Positions 17,420 to 29,721 of a DNA stretch of 63,906 nt are shown one piece after another (the first letter of the stretch is position 1; the number at the start of each line of letters is the position of its first letter). The DNA is from an uncultured bacterium (GTDB lineage: Bacteria > Verrucomicrobiota > Kiritimatiellia > UBA8416 > CAMZLY01). The translations under genes and the position numbers were made by a program. Location: assembly GCA_947311825.1 (NCBI GenBank), contig CAMZLY010000081.1, positions 1 to 63,906 on the forward strand. Reading direction: 5' to 3'. A model generated the notes under the pieces. That model saw only the letters and a list, made by a program, of their open reading frames with translations. It was not told the origin of the DNA and ran no database searches.

Positions 17420-18940
17420 ATGAACAATATGACACTATCATGGTCGTGGATGGGGCTGATAACACTACTACATATCACATCTTTCTTGCTAGTATGTACG
17501 CACGCCCTACGACATCGCAGAGCGGCAGCAGCGACTATTCTATGGATATTTGTAGCATGGTCATTCCCTATAATCGGACCATTACTTTATTTATCATTTG
17601 GCATAACAAGAATCCCCGATAAAGGCTTCAAAAAACATATTTCAAACCAGAAACTACTGGAACGACGCAAAGCACTGGAATCGGCAACAGAAGAAATAGA
17701 CGACGAAAAAGACTCAGCACCACTAGCATATTGGCAAGCTGTTCATGACTCCGGCCTAGCAGAACCAAAATCTGAATGGGGGCGTAATCTAAATAACGCA
17801 ATGAATTCTATACTGCCGGATCATCATCTTCTAGGCGGTAACTCTATCACTCCTCTAGTATACGGCGACACTGCGTTCCCCGCAATGCGTAAAGCTATTC
17901 GCAATGCAAATCATCATATTCACTTACAATCATTTATCTTTGCCAATGATATTATAGGAAAAGAACTCTTTGATCTACTAGCCCAAAAAGCCTCCGAAGG
18001 GGTACAAATACGACTGATGTATGATCGCTTCGGCTCAACTTATGCCGTACTAGGCGGGCTTTTTAGGAAGTACAAAAATATTCATAATTTTCAACTAGCT
18101 GGCTGGACACAAGCAAATATATTAAAGAGACAATTTCAAGTAAACCTAAGAAATCACCGTAAAATAATGGTTGTAGATGGTAAAACAGGGTTCATGGGCG
18201 GAATGAATATAAGTGTTAAAAACATATCCGGCAAAGGGCTTCAACCTATTCGCGATTACCACTTCCAGATAGAAGGTGCCATTATCCAGGAGCTCCAATA
18301 TTCCTTTATGAAAGATTGGCACTTTATAACAAACGAAGACCCGGCCAATATTCTAACCGAAGCATATTTTCCACATATAGAATCATCCGGCAATGCCATG
18401 ATGCGAATGGTAAATTCCGGTCCAACCAAAGACCTGGCAACCATAAGAGACACAATATTTATGGCATTCACCCAAGCCAGAAAACAGATTATAGCCGTAA
18501 CCCCATACCTAGTGCCAACACCAGAAATCATACAAGCACTACGTTCTGCCGCCATGCGTGGTGTCGATGTACGCCTCATTGTACCACAAAAAAACAATCA
18601 CCTATACGCAGGTCTCGCCGGTCGCTCGCTTTATACCGAACTACTAACATCCGGCATACGTATCTTTGAACGATTTCCACCATTCATTCATGCAAAAGCA
18701 GTTATAATTGACGATGAATTCTCACTAATCGGCACCGCAAACCTTGATGTACGTAGCCTTCACCTAAACTACGAATCCAACCTAGCAATTTATGATGAAA
18801 ATTTCACCAACAAATTAAAGGAAATCATTCTAGATGACCAAGCTCAAAGCACAGAAATAATTCTCGACAAATGGCTACAACGACCCCTAAAAACTCAAAT
18901 GCTAGAAAACCTCGCACACCTAATGATGCCAATGCTTTAA
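17420..18940 (+). CDS. cls: Cardiolipin synthase (phospholipase D superfamily, two HKD motifs)
   Basis: 506 aa. N-terminal TM helices, with HRKIMVVDG and HAKAVIIDDEFSLIGTANLD HKD motifs. Confidence 0.85.
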   Translation: MNNMTLSWSWMGLITLLHITSFLLVCTHALRHRRAAAATILWIFVAWSFPIIGPLLYLSFGITRIPDKGFKKHISNQKLLERRKALESATEEIDDEKDSAPLAYWQAVHDSGLAEPKSEWGRNLNNAMNSILPDHHLLGGNSITPLVYGDTAFPAMRKAIRNANHHIHLQSFIFANDIIGKELFDLLAQKASEGVQIRLMYDRFGSTYAVLGGLFRKYKNIHNFQLAGWTQANILKRQFQVNLRNHRKIMVVDGKTGFMGGMNISVKNISGKGLQPIRDYHFQIEGAIIQELQYSFMKDWHFITNEDPANILTEAYFPHIESSGNAMMRMVNSGPTKDLATIRDTIFMAFTQARKQIIAVTPYLVPTPEIIQALRSAAMRGVDVRLIVPQKNNHLYAGLAGRSLYTELLTSGIRIFERFPPFIHAKAVIIDDEFSLIGTANLDVRSLHLNYESNLAIYDENFTNKLKEIILDDQAQSTEIILDKWLQRPLKTQMLENLAHLMMPML

Positions 18941-19004
18941 CCTAGATTCGGAGTCTAACATAAAATAGTATCCGGCACCGTCGCCCCTCATCGTCAACCA
19001 GGCA

Positions 19005-19042
19005 CATTTCAGTTTATGTTGCACACAACATAAACTGAAATG
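19005..19042. repeat. 16-bp perfect inverted repeat with a 6 nt loop (CATTTCAGTTTATGTT GCACAC AACATAAACTGAAATG)
   Basis: Read directly, between cls and ligA. No T-tract follows, so it is not called a canonical terminator. Confidence 0.8.
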
Positions 19043-19090
19043 CGCACTCGTCACCCCCTTTCCCTAAGAGCACCCATAAAATCACAATGA

Positions 19091-21244
<2,154 letters not shown>

Positions 21245-21310
21245 CCGCGATTATAGATGAAATTATATGGGACAGTGCTCACAAAGTAAAACTATTCGCT
21301 ATTAACAGCC

Positions 21311-22972
21311 TTAATAGTCTCTTATTTCCATTGATTTACGTCCAATATAAAGCGGTATCAATGTAACTGCTATTGTAATCAGAATCAACCAGCTCCAACA
21401 CCATTTAAGATACACTTTCATTTCATAAACAGAAACCAAGCCCGTCCCAGTAAAATGTAACAATAATGCAAACGGCAATATAGATAACAAAATAAAACCT
21501 AAACTAAACACCAAATTAACTGTCCCGCCAAAGCCGGAAACAATTGCCGCCGAATTAGTTTTCTTTAAATCAAGAAAAAAAGCACCTAATCCGGTAGCTA
21601 ATGCAGATATGGCAAATGAAATTGAAACAACCAACATTATAGATATGTTCCTTACCAAAGGTTCGATACTCAACATATAGGCGGACAATAACATTAAGAA
21701 AATACTGATTGTCGTCATTGAAATAAGGGCTGATACAAACTTTGTCATCAAAATACGTCCTATCGTTATCGGCGAAAGACCCAAAGTCCAAAATGCCTGG
21801 CCTTCCAAACTTAATTGTGGATAAACAAACCTTGATGCCAACGAGCACTGTACCGCTGCAATACTAAAAACATTCAGAAACGTAATCATATTACGCCATT
21901 CATGCGGCAACAGATTGTAATGAAAAGAGCGAATACTCATAAAATATATAGCCAACAAGCCAAAGAATATCAATGCCTGTGACCACTGTAGCGGATCCCT
22001 GAAAAATGTCCTTATATCCTTCATAATAATTGCACGCATATCTCGCGGGAATAAACAGAATAATTTTGATAACCCTACACTCCATAAACGTTGTTTTGAT
22101 GCCGTACCATGTGCACCATTTACCAACTGATAAGTATCAAAAAAAAGCTTCTTACCTACCCCATAGAGGGCGAGACATGCCACCAACGCATTTGAAGTCA
22201 CCACATTCCATAAGATACATCCTCGTACCCAATTGCCGCGAGCAAACGCCTTTAGCCCCTCAGCAGTCCACCAGCTGGGGAGAATAGGATTAGATGCAAG
22301 CTTCAGCCCTGGCACAATTTTAGAAAGAACAAATGTTGCATCATCAACAGTTCCCGCCTGTGCAAGCTTGATAAGATAAATATATCCGGCAACGAACGCC
22401 CCAAGCAACAACAATAATGCAAGAATTTTTCCTCGCGGAACCCAGCGCACAACCACCAATGTAATTAAAGAACCTAGTGCCGAACATAATAATAAAAATG
22501 GTATTGTGAAAACAAAAACCCATACCCCAAACATAAAACTTATCTTCTGCTGTAATGCATAGGCGGCAGCAAACGGAGTAATAATAAAAAAGAATGTCCA
22601 TGAACTAAGCAGGGCAGATTCCAGAAACTTATAAAAAGCAATACTTCCCATATCAAAAGGAGATGTCACCAGGAAACTCAAATCATGAGACCTAAAAAAT
22701 GTCGAATATGATGTAACAATACTAGATATAACAAGCATCATCCCCAGACCAAGAAAAAATAGAGAAAACAGACTGCGTGTAATCATAAAACCCGCACCGC
22801 CAAACTCAGCCAAAAAGCGAAAACCATCATAAAACAGCACAAATAAACCGCCAATCATAGCCATAGCAAACAACAGTATAAAACCAACCTTAAAGGAGGA
22901 ATCTTCTCGTATCGCTCGCCATAAATTGCCAGCCACCACAAAATCTTTTCTGAGTAATGCAACTATTTCCAT
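21311..22972 (-). CDS. Polytopic inner-membrane protein of unknown function (permease-like)
   Basis: About 553 aa from the ATG at 22972 (MEIVALLRKDF..), with many hydrophobic helices throughout. I cannot assign a family from sequence alone. Confidence 0.4.
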   Translation of the reverse strand: MEIVALLRKDFVVAGNLWRAIREDSSFKVGFILLFAMAMIGGLFVLFYDGFRFLAEFGGAGFMITRSLFSLFFLGLGMMLVISSIVTSYSTFFRSHDLSFLVTSPFDMGSIAFYKFLESALLSSWTFFFIITPFAAAYALQQKISFMFGVWVFVFTIPFLLLCSALGSLITLVVVRWVPRGKILALLLLLGAFVAGYIYLIKLAQAGTVDDATFVLSKIVPGLKLASNPILPSWWTAEGLKAFARGNWVRGCILWNVVTSNALVACLALYGVGKKLFFDTYQLVNGAHGTASKQRLWSVGLSKLFCLFPRDMRAIIMKDIRTFFRDPLQWSQALIFFGLLAIYFMSIRSFHYNLLPHEWRNMITFLNVFSIAAVQCSLASRFVYPQLSLEGQAFWTLGLSPITIGRILMTKFVSALISMTTISIFLMLLSAYMLSIEPLVRNISIMLVVSISFAISALATGLGAFFLDLKKTNSAAIVSGFGGTVNLVFSLGFILLSILPFALLLHFTGTGLVSVYEMKVYLKWCWSWLILITIAVTLIPLYIGRKSMEIRDY

Positions 22973-23134
22973 AAAACAGATTGTACAAAACAAGAGGTTA
23001 TTGTCAAATTTTATTCGTCACGCCAAGCTTAATGATTCTTGACTCCAATTACAAATAAAGCTATGGTCTACCCCTTCTTACTCAAGAAGAGACTTCTGCT
23101 ATACATTTTATTAAACTAAAGGACTTTTTCTATA

Positions 23135-24295
23135 ATGAAAACAATAAACTTTGCCGTTATCGGATGTGGTGCATTGGCAAGAATGATGCACATACCAAAT
23201 ATTGCCAAATCTAATAAAGCTGTGCTACATACTTGCTGTGATCTATCTGATGATGCACTTAAAGAATGCAAGGAAGTACATGGCGCATTACATATATCAA
23301 AAGATTGGGAATCGGTTATAAAAGACCCTGCAATTGATGCCATTTGTCTAGCTACCACAGAAAAACTACGCATTCCTGTAATCAAATTAGCCATTGAAAA
23401 TGGGAAACCCGTCTATGTTGAAAAGCCATTGGCACGAACGCTAGAAGAAGTCTATAAAATTCAAGAAATTGTAAATGCTAGTGGCATCCCTTTCTGTGTT
23501 GGACATAATCGACGTAACAGTCCAGCAATGATTGAAGCTCACCGTATTTTCCGTAACCACATGGATAACCCACAGGATTGTGGGTGGCGTTGGGATCGTG
23601 AGGGAGAAGACCGACCATTACGCAAAGATGATGGCGTTGCGGCAATGACATGTCGTATAAATGATGACTGGTATTCTTGGAAAAGCTGGGTATTTGATAA
23701 AACCCAAGCACCACACGGACCAATGTTATTTGAGATGACCCACTTTACCGATATTTGTAATTGGTTTATGAACAGCGACCCTATTGAAGTGGTGGCAATG
23801 GAAACTGGAATGTTAAACCATTCTATTATCGTTAAATATGCCGGAGGCGAGCTCGCCACACTTTCATTATGCGGAACAGGAACTTTTGGTTATCCAAAAG
23901 AATTATATGAGGTAATGGGACAAGGTGCTATTGTGGTTTGCGATCACATGTGCGAGATTCGCACTGCCGGTATTAAAAATGTACCATCTCGTATAACCTA
24001 CCCATTTTTGAAAGATCGACATCCAGATGTCGGCACGCAAGGCGGAATTAACGGTTGGATGGAAAAGAAAGAAGCAGCCTGTCGCGAAGCAATTGCGGCA
24101 AATGACCAAGCACTTCAATTTACCGCCGAACCAGATAAAGGTCATGCACATGCCATTGATCGTTTCATTGATGAAATAAACGGAAAAGGTCCAGTGGTAT
24201 GCAGTGTCGATGAGGCAGTTTTAGCCACACGTATCGCCTTTGCGGCAATTAAATCTACCAAAGAAAACAGAATCATTAATATGGAAGATATCTAA
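23135..24295 (+). CDS. Gfo/Idh/MocA family NAD(P)-dependent oxidoreductase
   Basis: 386 aa. N-terminal Rossmann block INFAVIGCGALARMMH and the EKPLA motif (VYVEKPLARTLEE). Confidence 0.85.
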   Translation: MKTINFAVIGCGALARMMHIPNIAKSNKAVLHTCCDLSDDALKECKEVHGALHISKDWESVIKDPAIDAICLATTEKLRIPVIKLAIENGKPVYVEKPLARTLEEVYKIQEIVNASGIPFCVGHNRRNSPAMIEAHRIFRNHMDNPQDCGWRWDREGEDRPLRKDDGVAAMTCRINDDWYSWKSWVFDKTQAPHGPMLFEMTHFTDICNWFMNSDPIEVVAMETGMLNHSIIVKYAGGELATLSLCGTGTFGYPKELYEVMGQGAIVVCDHMCEIRTAGIKNVPSRITYPFLKDRHPDVGTQGGINGWMEKKEAACREAIAANDQALQFTAEPDKGHAHAIDRFIDEINGKGPVVCSVDEAVLATRIAFAAIKSTKENRIINMEDI

Positions 24296-24321
24296 CGTCC
24301 AACGCTAAATCTACATCTTTA

Positions 24322-24490
24322 GAGGCACTTGCAAAACTACTTGTGCGAGGCAATTTTTAGTATTTCAAGGCGAGCAGATTCGGCATTTTGATCAACTGGA
24401 GCATACCCCGAGAGACTGTAAAATTGCGAAAAAGCGGAATATGCCGTATAAAATCAAAAAGTGTCCGCAGATAGTTTTGCAAGTTCCTCT
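24322..24490. mobile_element. MITE-like element (~169 bp) with ~20-bp terminal inverted repeats and a TTTA flank on both sides
   Basis: The left end is GAGGCACTTGCAAAACTAC. The rc of the right end is GAGGAACTTGCAAAACTATCTG. TTTA lies immediately outside both ends (24318-24321 and 24491-24494). No ORF inside. The right flank includes the ptsI stop codon. Confidence 0.55.
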
Positions 24491-26260
24491 TTATACTAAT
24501 TCAAGCAATTCTGGAGCAACTTCACTGGTTAAATGCCGGCAAAGATTCAGTACTTCTGTTCCCGTTCTGCACATAAGTGACTCTGCGGCAAGTTCCTTAG
24601 CCTGTACAAAACCAACAGTCCGAACAGCATCCTTTACCATTGGTACAGCTGCTGGAGATACGCTTAATTCATCTATACCCAATCCCAACAGAAGCGGAAC
24701 CAACACCGGGTCGGCAGCCATCTCGCCACATAGTCCAACCCATATACCATGCCTATGCCCAGCATCTACGGTCTCTTTAATCATCTTTAGTACTGCCGGA
24801 TGTGTTGGTTCATACAGATATGCAACACGCTCATTAACCCTATCAACGGCTAAAGTATATTGAATAAGATCATTGGTTCCTATACTGAAAAAACTAACAT
24901 GCTCTGCCAATACATCTGCGGTCATAACTGCCGCAGGAATCTCTACCATAATACCAACTTCAATATCTTTCTCAAATGGAATATTCTCAGCGGTAAGTTC
25001 ACTTTTCGCTTCTTCCAATATTTTATTTGCTGCAATAATTTCATTTACATTGCTAATCATAGGATACATTAATTTTATATTGCCATGAGCACTTGCACGT
25101 AAAATGGATCTTAATTGAACCTTAAACGACTTTGGATAGAGCAGTGATAATCTGATAGAACGACATCCTAAAAACGGATTTGCCTCTCGCTCAAATTGTG
25201 ACCCGTCTAATAATTTATCTCCCCCTATATCCATAGTACGAATAATAACCGGAGCTGGAGATAAGCGCTTAGCCACCTGCTGATACACTGCGGTCTGTGA
25301 TTCCTCATCTATCCCACCTTTTATAGCAAGAAAAAGATATTCAGAACGAAATAATCCGACTCCTTCGGCACCATAACGCAGCACAGAATCAACCTCTTGC
25401 AAACCCTCCGTATTGGCTGACAAGGTGATTTTATGCCCATCAGTTGTTTCTGCCGGCTTGTGTTGTAATGTAACAAGCCCTCTTTCAATCGTCTGCCGAG
25501 CTTCTGCAAGGCGTCCATATTTTTCCATTTGCACTTCAGTAGGGTTGATAATAAGAACACCCTTGTTCCCATCAATCAGAATCTCATCACCGGGGGATAC
25601 TTGTTCGCTAATATTACGAAGTGATACAACTGCAGGGATCTCAAGTGCTCGTGCCATAACTGCTGAATGAGATGTGGGACTACCCACATCCGTTGCAAAC
25701 CCAACCACCATATCTTTGCACATACCAGCAGTTTCACTCGGAGACAGGTCTTTTGCAATAACTATATGTCTATGGTTGAGATCAAGCACAGAATGATCCA
25801 TTGCACTAGTAAGGTTGTTTATCATGCGCTTCGCAACATCAAGAACATCCGCAGATCGTTCACGCAGATATTCATCTTCAACCGAAGCCAGCATTTTGGC
25901 ATAACTTTCAAGGATTTCACTAACAGCCGCCTCAACATTAGTTTGTGCCTGAACTTTTTTTATAACATCATCCACAAATACATGATCATCAAGAACCATT
26001 AGGTGTGCATCAAGAATACTCGCATCGCGCATGGTTGTATTCTGTTCCAGGTTATTCTGAACTTCAAGTATCTGTTGTCTGGTTTTTATTAACGCATCTT
26101 CAAACCGTTCAATCTCAGTAAACACACTCTCTTTTGGAATTTTATGGCGAACGACGCAGACAGACTCCGTCATAAGCATAAAGGCCGGAGCAATTACAAC
26201 GCCGGGAGAAACCCCTATGCCACGTAAGGTTTTATTCTTTTTTGTTTTTTCATTCACCAA
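24491..26260 (-). CDS. ptsI: Phosphoenolpyruvate-protein phosphotransferase (PTS enzyme I)
   Basis: 589 aa. GIGVSPGVVIAPAF, the active-site region GSPTSHSAVMARALEIP, and the PEP-utilising C-terminal barrel (FFSIGTNDLIQYTLAVDR). The start is non-ATG (TTG at 26260 or GTG at 26257). Confidence 0.9.
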   Translation of the reverse strand: MVNEKTKKNKTLRGIGVSPGVVIAPAFMLMTESVCVVRHKIPKESVFTEIERFEDALIKTRQQILEVQNNLEQNTTMRDASILDAHLMVLDDHVFVDDVIKKVQAQTNVEAAVSEILESYAKMLASVEDEYLRERSADVLDVAKRMINNLTSAMDHSVLDLNHRHIVIAKDLSPSETAGMCKDMVVGFATDVGSPTSHSAVMARALEIPAVVSLRNISEQVSPGDEILIDGNKGVLIINPTEVQMEKYGRLAEARQTIERGLVTLQHKPAETTDGHKITLSANTEGLQEVDSVLRYGAEGVGLFRSEYLFLAIKGGIDEESQTAVYQQVAKRLSPAPVIIRTMDIGGDKLLDGSQFEREANPFLGCRSIRLSLLYPKSFKVQLRSILRASAHGNIKLMYPMISNVNEIIAANKILEEAKSELTAENIPFEKDIEVGIMVEIPAAVMTADVLAEHVSFFSIGTNDLIQYTLAVDRVNERVAYLYEPTHPAVLKMIKETVDAGHRHGIWVGLCGEMAADPVLVPLLLGLGIDELSVSPAAVPMVKDAVRTVGFVQAKELAAESLMCRTGTEVLNLCRHLTSEVAPELLELV

Positions 26261-26275
26261 AACTTACCAATTTTT

Positions 26276-26551
26276 CTATTCACCAAACTTAGATGCAAAA
26301 AGCTCTTCAAAAGCATCAAGAATAACTTCCTCATCACCACCATCAACAGACACCGTCAATACAGTACCACATGAAGCAGCCATAGTCATCAATCCCATAA
26401 TACTTTTGGCAGAGATTTTTACTCCATCATTATCAATAAAAATATCTGCGTCATATTTAGACGCAGTTCTAACTATCATTGACGCCGGGCGGGCGTGAAC
26501 GCCAAGTTTATTTATGATTTTAAGTTTTCGTTCAGTCACAATCCTCACCAT
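26276..26551 (-). CDS. ptsH: Phosphocarrier protein HPr
   Basis: 91 aa. It has both the His-15 context (LGVHARPAS) and the Ser-46 context (AKSIMGLM). Confidence 0.9.
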   Translation of the reverse strand: MVRIVTERKLKIINKLGVHARPASMIVRTASKYDADIFIDNDGVKISAKSIMGLMTMAASCGTVLTVSVDGGDEEVILDAFEELFASKFGE

Positions 26552-26554
26552 TTA

Positions 26555-27523
26555 TTAGTCGATAATCGCCTGTCCGCCTGTCATTATACGTACAAGTTTT
26601 TCATCCAGCTCTTTTTCGGCATCATGCCCAAGTCTTTTCAGTTTCAAGTCAAGAGTAGCCGCTTCAACAATATTAGCAATATCCCTACCGGGAATAACAG
26701 CAATTACTATATGTGGGATATCTACCCCTAAAATTTCCACTGCAGGAAAATCTTCCCCGCCTCTAAATTCTTTGCTGCGTTGCTTTTCACTACATAATGT
26801 AATAACGACATCCAGTTTTTTCTCATTACGAACCGAAGACACTCCGTACAAACTAGGGACATGTATTATACCAAGCCCTCTTATTTCCATGTGATATCTG
26901 GTAACACTGACAGGAGAAGCTATAATAGAACCGGCACTATCAACTCTAACCGATGTCACATCATCAGAAACCAACGCATTACCTTTTCGTATAAGAGCTA
27001 AAGCTGTATCGCTTTTACCAATCCCTGGTGCACCATCAATCAAAACACCAATGCCCATAATTTCCATCATTGTTCCTTGGATTTTAGAACGTGGCGCACT
27101 CAGATTCTCCATAACTATTGTTGTTGCATTAACAAAGTCCTTGGTAATAGCCTTAGTTCTCAATACGGGAACTCGGAATTCATCTGCCAACTTAATAACT
27201 TCAGGCGGAACCTGTTTACCCCTTGTAAAAACAACACATGGAATTTTTCGCCCAAAGAACTCACGCAGGCATTCACTTCTTTTGGGCTTACTTAATGATG
27301 ACAGGTATGAAATCTCAGCCAAGCCAAGAACTTGAATTCTGCGGTTTGCAAAATATTTATAAAATCCCGTTAATGCTAAACCGGGTCGATTAACTGCAGC
27401 CTCATTAATGCGATGCTTCAAACCAGCCTTGCCCGCCACCAACTTAAGTTGCATGGCCGCATGGCTAGCCTCAACAAAATCTCCAACTGTTACTAAAGGT
27501 CTCTTTAACGGCTGTTTAATCAT
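26555..27523 (-). CDS. hprK: HPr kinase/phosphorylase
   Basis: 322 aa. P-loop GAPGIGKSDTALALIRKGNALVSDD and the EIRGLGIIHV block. Confidence 0.9.
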   Translation of the reverse strand: MIKQPLKRPLVTVGDFVEASHAAMQLKLVAGKAGLKHRINEAAVNRPGLALTGFYKYFANRRIQVLGLAEISYLSSLSKPKRSECLREFFGRKIPCVVFTRGKQVPPEVIKLADEFRVPVLRTKAITKDFVNATTIVMENLSAPRSKIQGTMMEIMGIGVLIDGAPGIGKSDTALALIRKGNALVSDDVTSVRVDSAGSIIASPVSVTRYHMEIRGLGIIHVPSLYGVSSVRNEKKLDVVITLCSEKQRSKEFRGGEDFPAVEILGVDIPHIVIAVIPGRDIANIVEAATLDLKLKRLGHDAEKELDEKLVRIMTGGQAIID

Positions 27524-27867
27524 TACACAGTCTCCGGCTCCTCGCCACGATGATTTTCTACATGCTTCATAACCACTTTATGATCCTGAACTTTATCACG
27601 CAATTTTCGCAACTGTTTCGAAATTTTATCCAGTGCACCCTCAATTGCAGTATTTATATTCTCATCCTCTTCTTCAGCCTCAACTCTAATATGATTTTTT
27701 GCCTGAGCAAAAACATGTACAATAAATTGACGATGTTCTTTATTTAAAGTTACATGTATGTGCTCCACTCTAGTAAATTCAGCCATTATTTCTTCAGCTC
27801 GTGAATTCACATAGTCCTGAGTACTCTTCGATATATCATCATGCCTTACAGTTACTTCAATTGACAT
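27523..27867 (-). CDS. hpf: Ribosome hibernation promoting factor (RaiA/HPF family)
   Basis: 114 aa. MSIEVTVRHDDIS..L..YV..R and the KLRKLRDKV tail are typical of HPF. Conserved position downstream of lptB. Confidence 0.85.
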   Translation of the reverse strand: MSIEVTVRHDDISKSTQDYVNSRAEEIMAEFTRVEHIHVTLNKEHRQFIVHVFAQAKNHIRVEAEEEDENINTAIEGALDKISKQLRKLRDKVQDHKVVMKHVENHRGEEPETV

Positions 27868-27973
27868 TATAAGTCTCCTTTATATTTTTTGTCTAAACTA
27901 ATTTATTTCATTCTATTAATCATAATTGCAGATTTCATTCTGTATGTCCACAAAATTCATAAAGAACGTAATT

Positions 27974-28711
27974 TTACATTCTAAAGCTTTCCCCCAGATA
28001 TAACTCCTTGCTCAATTTATCATTAACAAGGAAATCACTTTCGCCTTCCCTTATTATTTTTCCTTCAAACATTAAATACGCTCTATTCACAACAGATAAA
28101 GTTTCGCGGACGTTATGATCTGTGATAAATATTCCGAGTCCGCGGTCCCTTAGACCTACAATAATATCCTGAATATCACCAACAGCCAAAGGATCTACAC
28201 CACTAAACGGCTCATCAAGCATCAAAATAGATGGCCGCGTCACTAATGCACGCGAAATCTCCAGCCGCCGGCGTTCACCACCACTCAACGTATAAGCACG
28301 CTGTTGTGCCAGTTTTTCAAGCCCTAAATCTTTAAGCAAAGTAACCAATCGAGTACGCCGCTCTGCACGTGAAATCTTCAAAGTCTCAAGAATTGACATT
28401 ATATTATCTTCAACCGTCAATTTTCGAAAAACTGACGGCTCCTGCGAAAGATAACCTATCCCCAACCTAGCACGCTTGTAAACTGGTAGCTTAGCAATAT
28501 TTTTATCATTAAACATAATAGTACCAGAATCAGAACGAATTAATCCAACAACCATATAAAATGATGTAGTTTTTCCTGCACCATTAGGACCAAGCAAGCC
28601 TACAATTTCTCCTTTATTAACTGTTAATGATACATCGCTAACAACAGTACGCCCCTTATATGACTTTGAGATTCCATCAACATTTAGTAAGTTATGTTCT
28701 GTTTCAGTCAT
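27974..28711 (-). CDS. lptB: LPS export ABC transporter ATP-binding protein
   Basis: 245 aa. Walker A GPNGAGKTT, signature LSGGERRR, Walker B ILMLDEP. Follows lptA. Confidence 0.9.
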   Translation of the reverse strand: MTETEHNLLNVDGISKSYKGRTVVSDVSLTVNKGEIVGLLGPNGAGKTTSFYMVVGLIRSDSGTIMFNDKNIAKLPVYKRARLGIGYLSQEPSVFRKLTVEDNIMSILETLKISRAERRTRLVTLLKDLGLEKLAQQRAYTLSGGERRRLEISRALVTRPSILMLDEPFSGVDPLAVGDIQDIIVGLRDRGLGIFITDHNVRETLSVVNRAYLMFEGKIIREGESDFLVNDKLSKELYLGESFRM

Positions 28712-28727
28712 AGATTAAGTCTTTCCA

Positions 28728-29246
28728 CTACTTTTTCTTGTCATCGCCCAAATTAAAAACATCAGTTCCCGAGCGCTCTTGATCGGAGTATATAATCAAC
28801 CTACCCGGCGTGCATAACACCCGCTCTTCATTAAGCCAAAATGTTATTTGCTTACCTTCAAGCCGATCATTATTACGCATGAGCACGGCATCTCCAGTCA
28901 ACAATATTTCTCCAGACTTAGCAATATAAATAGCTTTATTACATAAAGCCGCTTTATCATCACTTTTAATACGAACATTACCAACCGCAGTTATAGATTT
29001 TATCTCATTTGTTCTACCAAACAAAACCGTAAGAGCATCGGACTCAAGTCTAACTTGCGGATCAATAACAACCACATTATCCTGGAAAATAGCAATTGAG
29101 CGTTTATAGTCATACGACATTGTATCTGCAGTAATTGTCGTCTTAGACTCTTTGTCTTTAGATGATTCTGCTATAACCGGAACAGCTCCAGCTATAATAA
29201 AACTTATTACCAGTGTTAAATTTATATATTTATTCATTTTTATCAC
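28728..29246 (-). CDS. lptA: LPS transport periplasmic protein LptA (OstA-like)
   Basis: 172 aa. Signal peptide, beta-rich OstA-like sequence (ITADTMSYDYK..AIFQDNVVV), and a position between the lptC-like gene and lptB. Confidence 0.7.
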   Translation of the reverse strand: MIKMNKYINLTLVISFIIAGAVPVIAESSKDKESKTTITADTMSYDYKRSIAIFQDNVVVIDPQVRLESDALTVLFGRTNEIKSITAVGNVRIKSDDKAALCNKAIYIAKSGEILLTGDAVLMRNNDRLEGKQITFWLNEERVLCTPGRLIIYSDQERSGTDVFNLGDDKKK

Positions 29247-29721
29247 TCCTCTTTCTAAATTCTTTTATTAAACTTCCCTGTGAACTCCCGCCCTTACGAG
29301 TTAACACAATTTTTGCATCAGAAAGAATCTTTACCCGCTCTCTTTCCGAATACCATTCAAATCCTTTGCCGGTAATAACAATATTATCTCTTATTATCTT
29401 TATTTTACCACCAGATTTTGCCGACTGTTTTTCGCGGTCATATTTACAATCTTCCGCAGTCATCATAACATTTGTTGAACCATTTTCAAAAAACATATGC
29501 ATTACAACATTAGATGCCACAATAACACCTTTAGGCGGAACCAAAGCAAATCCAGCCTTCAACTGCGTTTTCACTGCACCGCTATCATAATACTCCATAG
29601 GTAAACGTAAATTCTTTACCGGCATAGCCATCTCTTCCGCCATTACCACAGATGCAATCATGGACACAACCACCAACCCCACAACTATACATAATATATT
29701 TTTTTTAATCAATAACTTCAT
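29230..29721 (-). CDS. lptC: LptC-like membrane-anchored LPS transport protein
   Basis: 163 aa. An N-terminal TM anchor and a beta-rich periplasmic part. Called mostly on the conserved position between kdsA and lptA. Confidence 0.5.
   Translation of the reverse strand: MKLLIKKNILCIVVGLVVVSMIASVVMAEEMAMPVKNLRLPMEYYDSGAVKTQLKAGFALVPPKGVIVASNVVMHMFFENGSTNVMMTAEDCKYDREKQSAKSGGKIKIIRDNIVITGKGFEWYSERERVKILSDAKIVLTRKGGSSQGSLIKEFRKRSDKNE

Noticed and set aside
19005-19042. 16-bp stem hairpin as the intrinsic terminator of cls
   Set aside because: No U-tract follows on either strand. It is recorded as an inverted repeat only.
27868-27973. Looked for rpoN between lptB and hpf
   Set aside because: Only 106 bp of AT-rich non-coding DNA lie there, and no ORF is possible.
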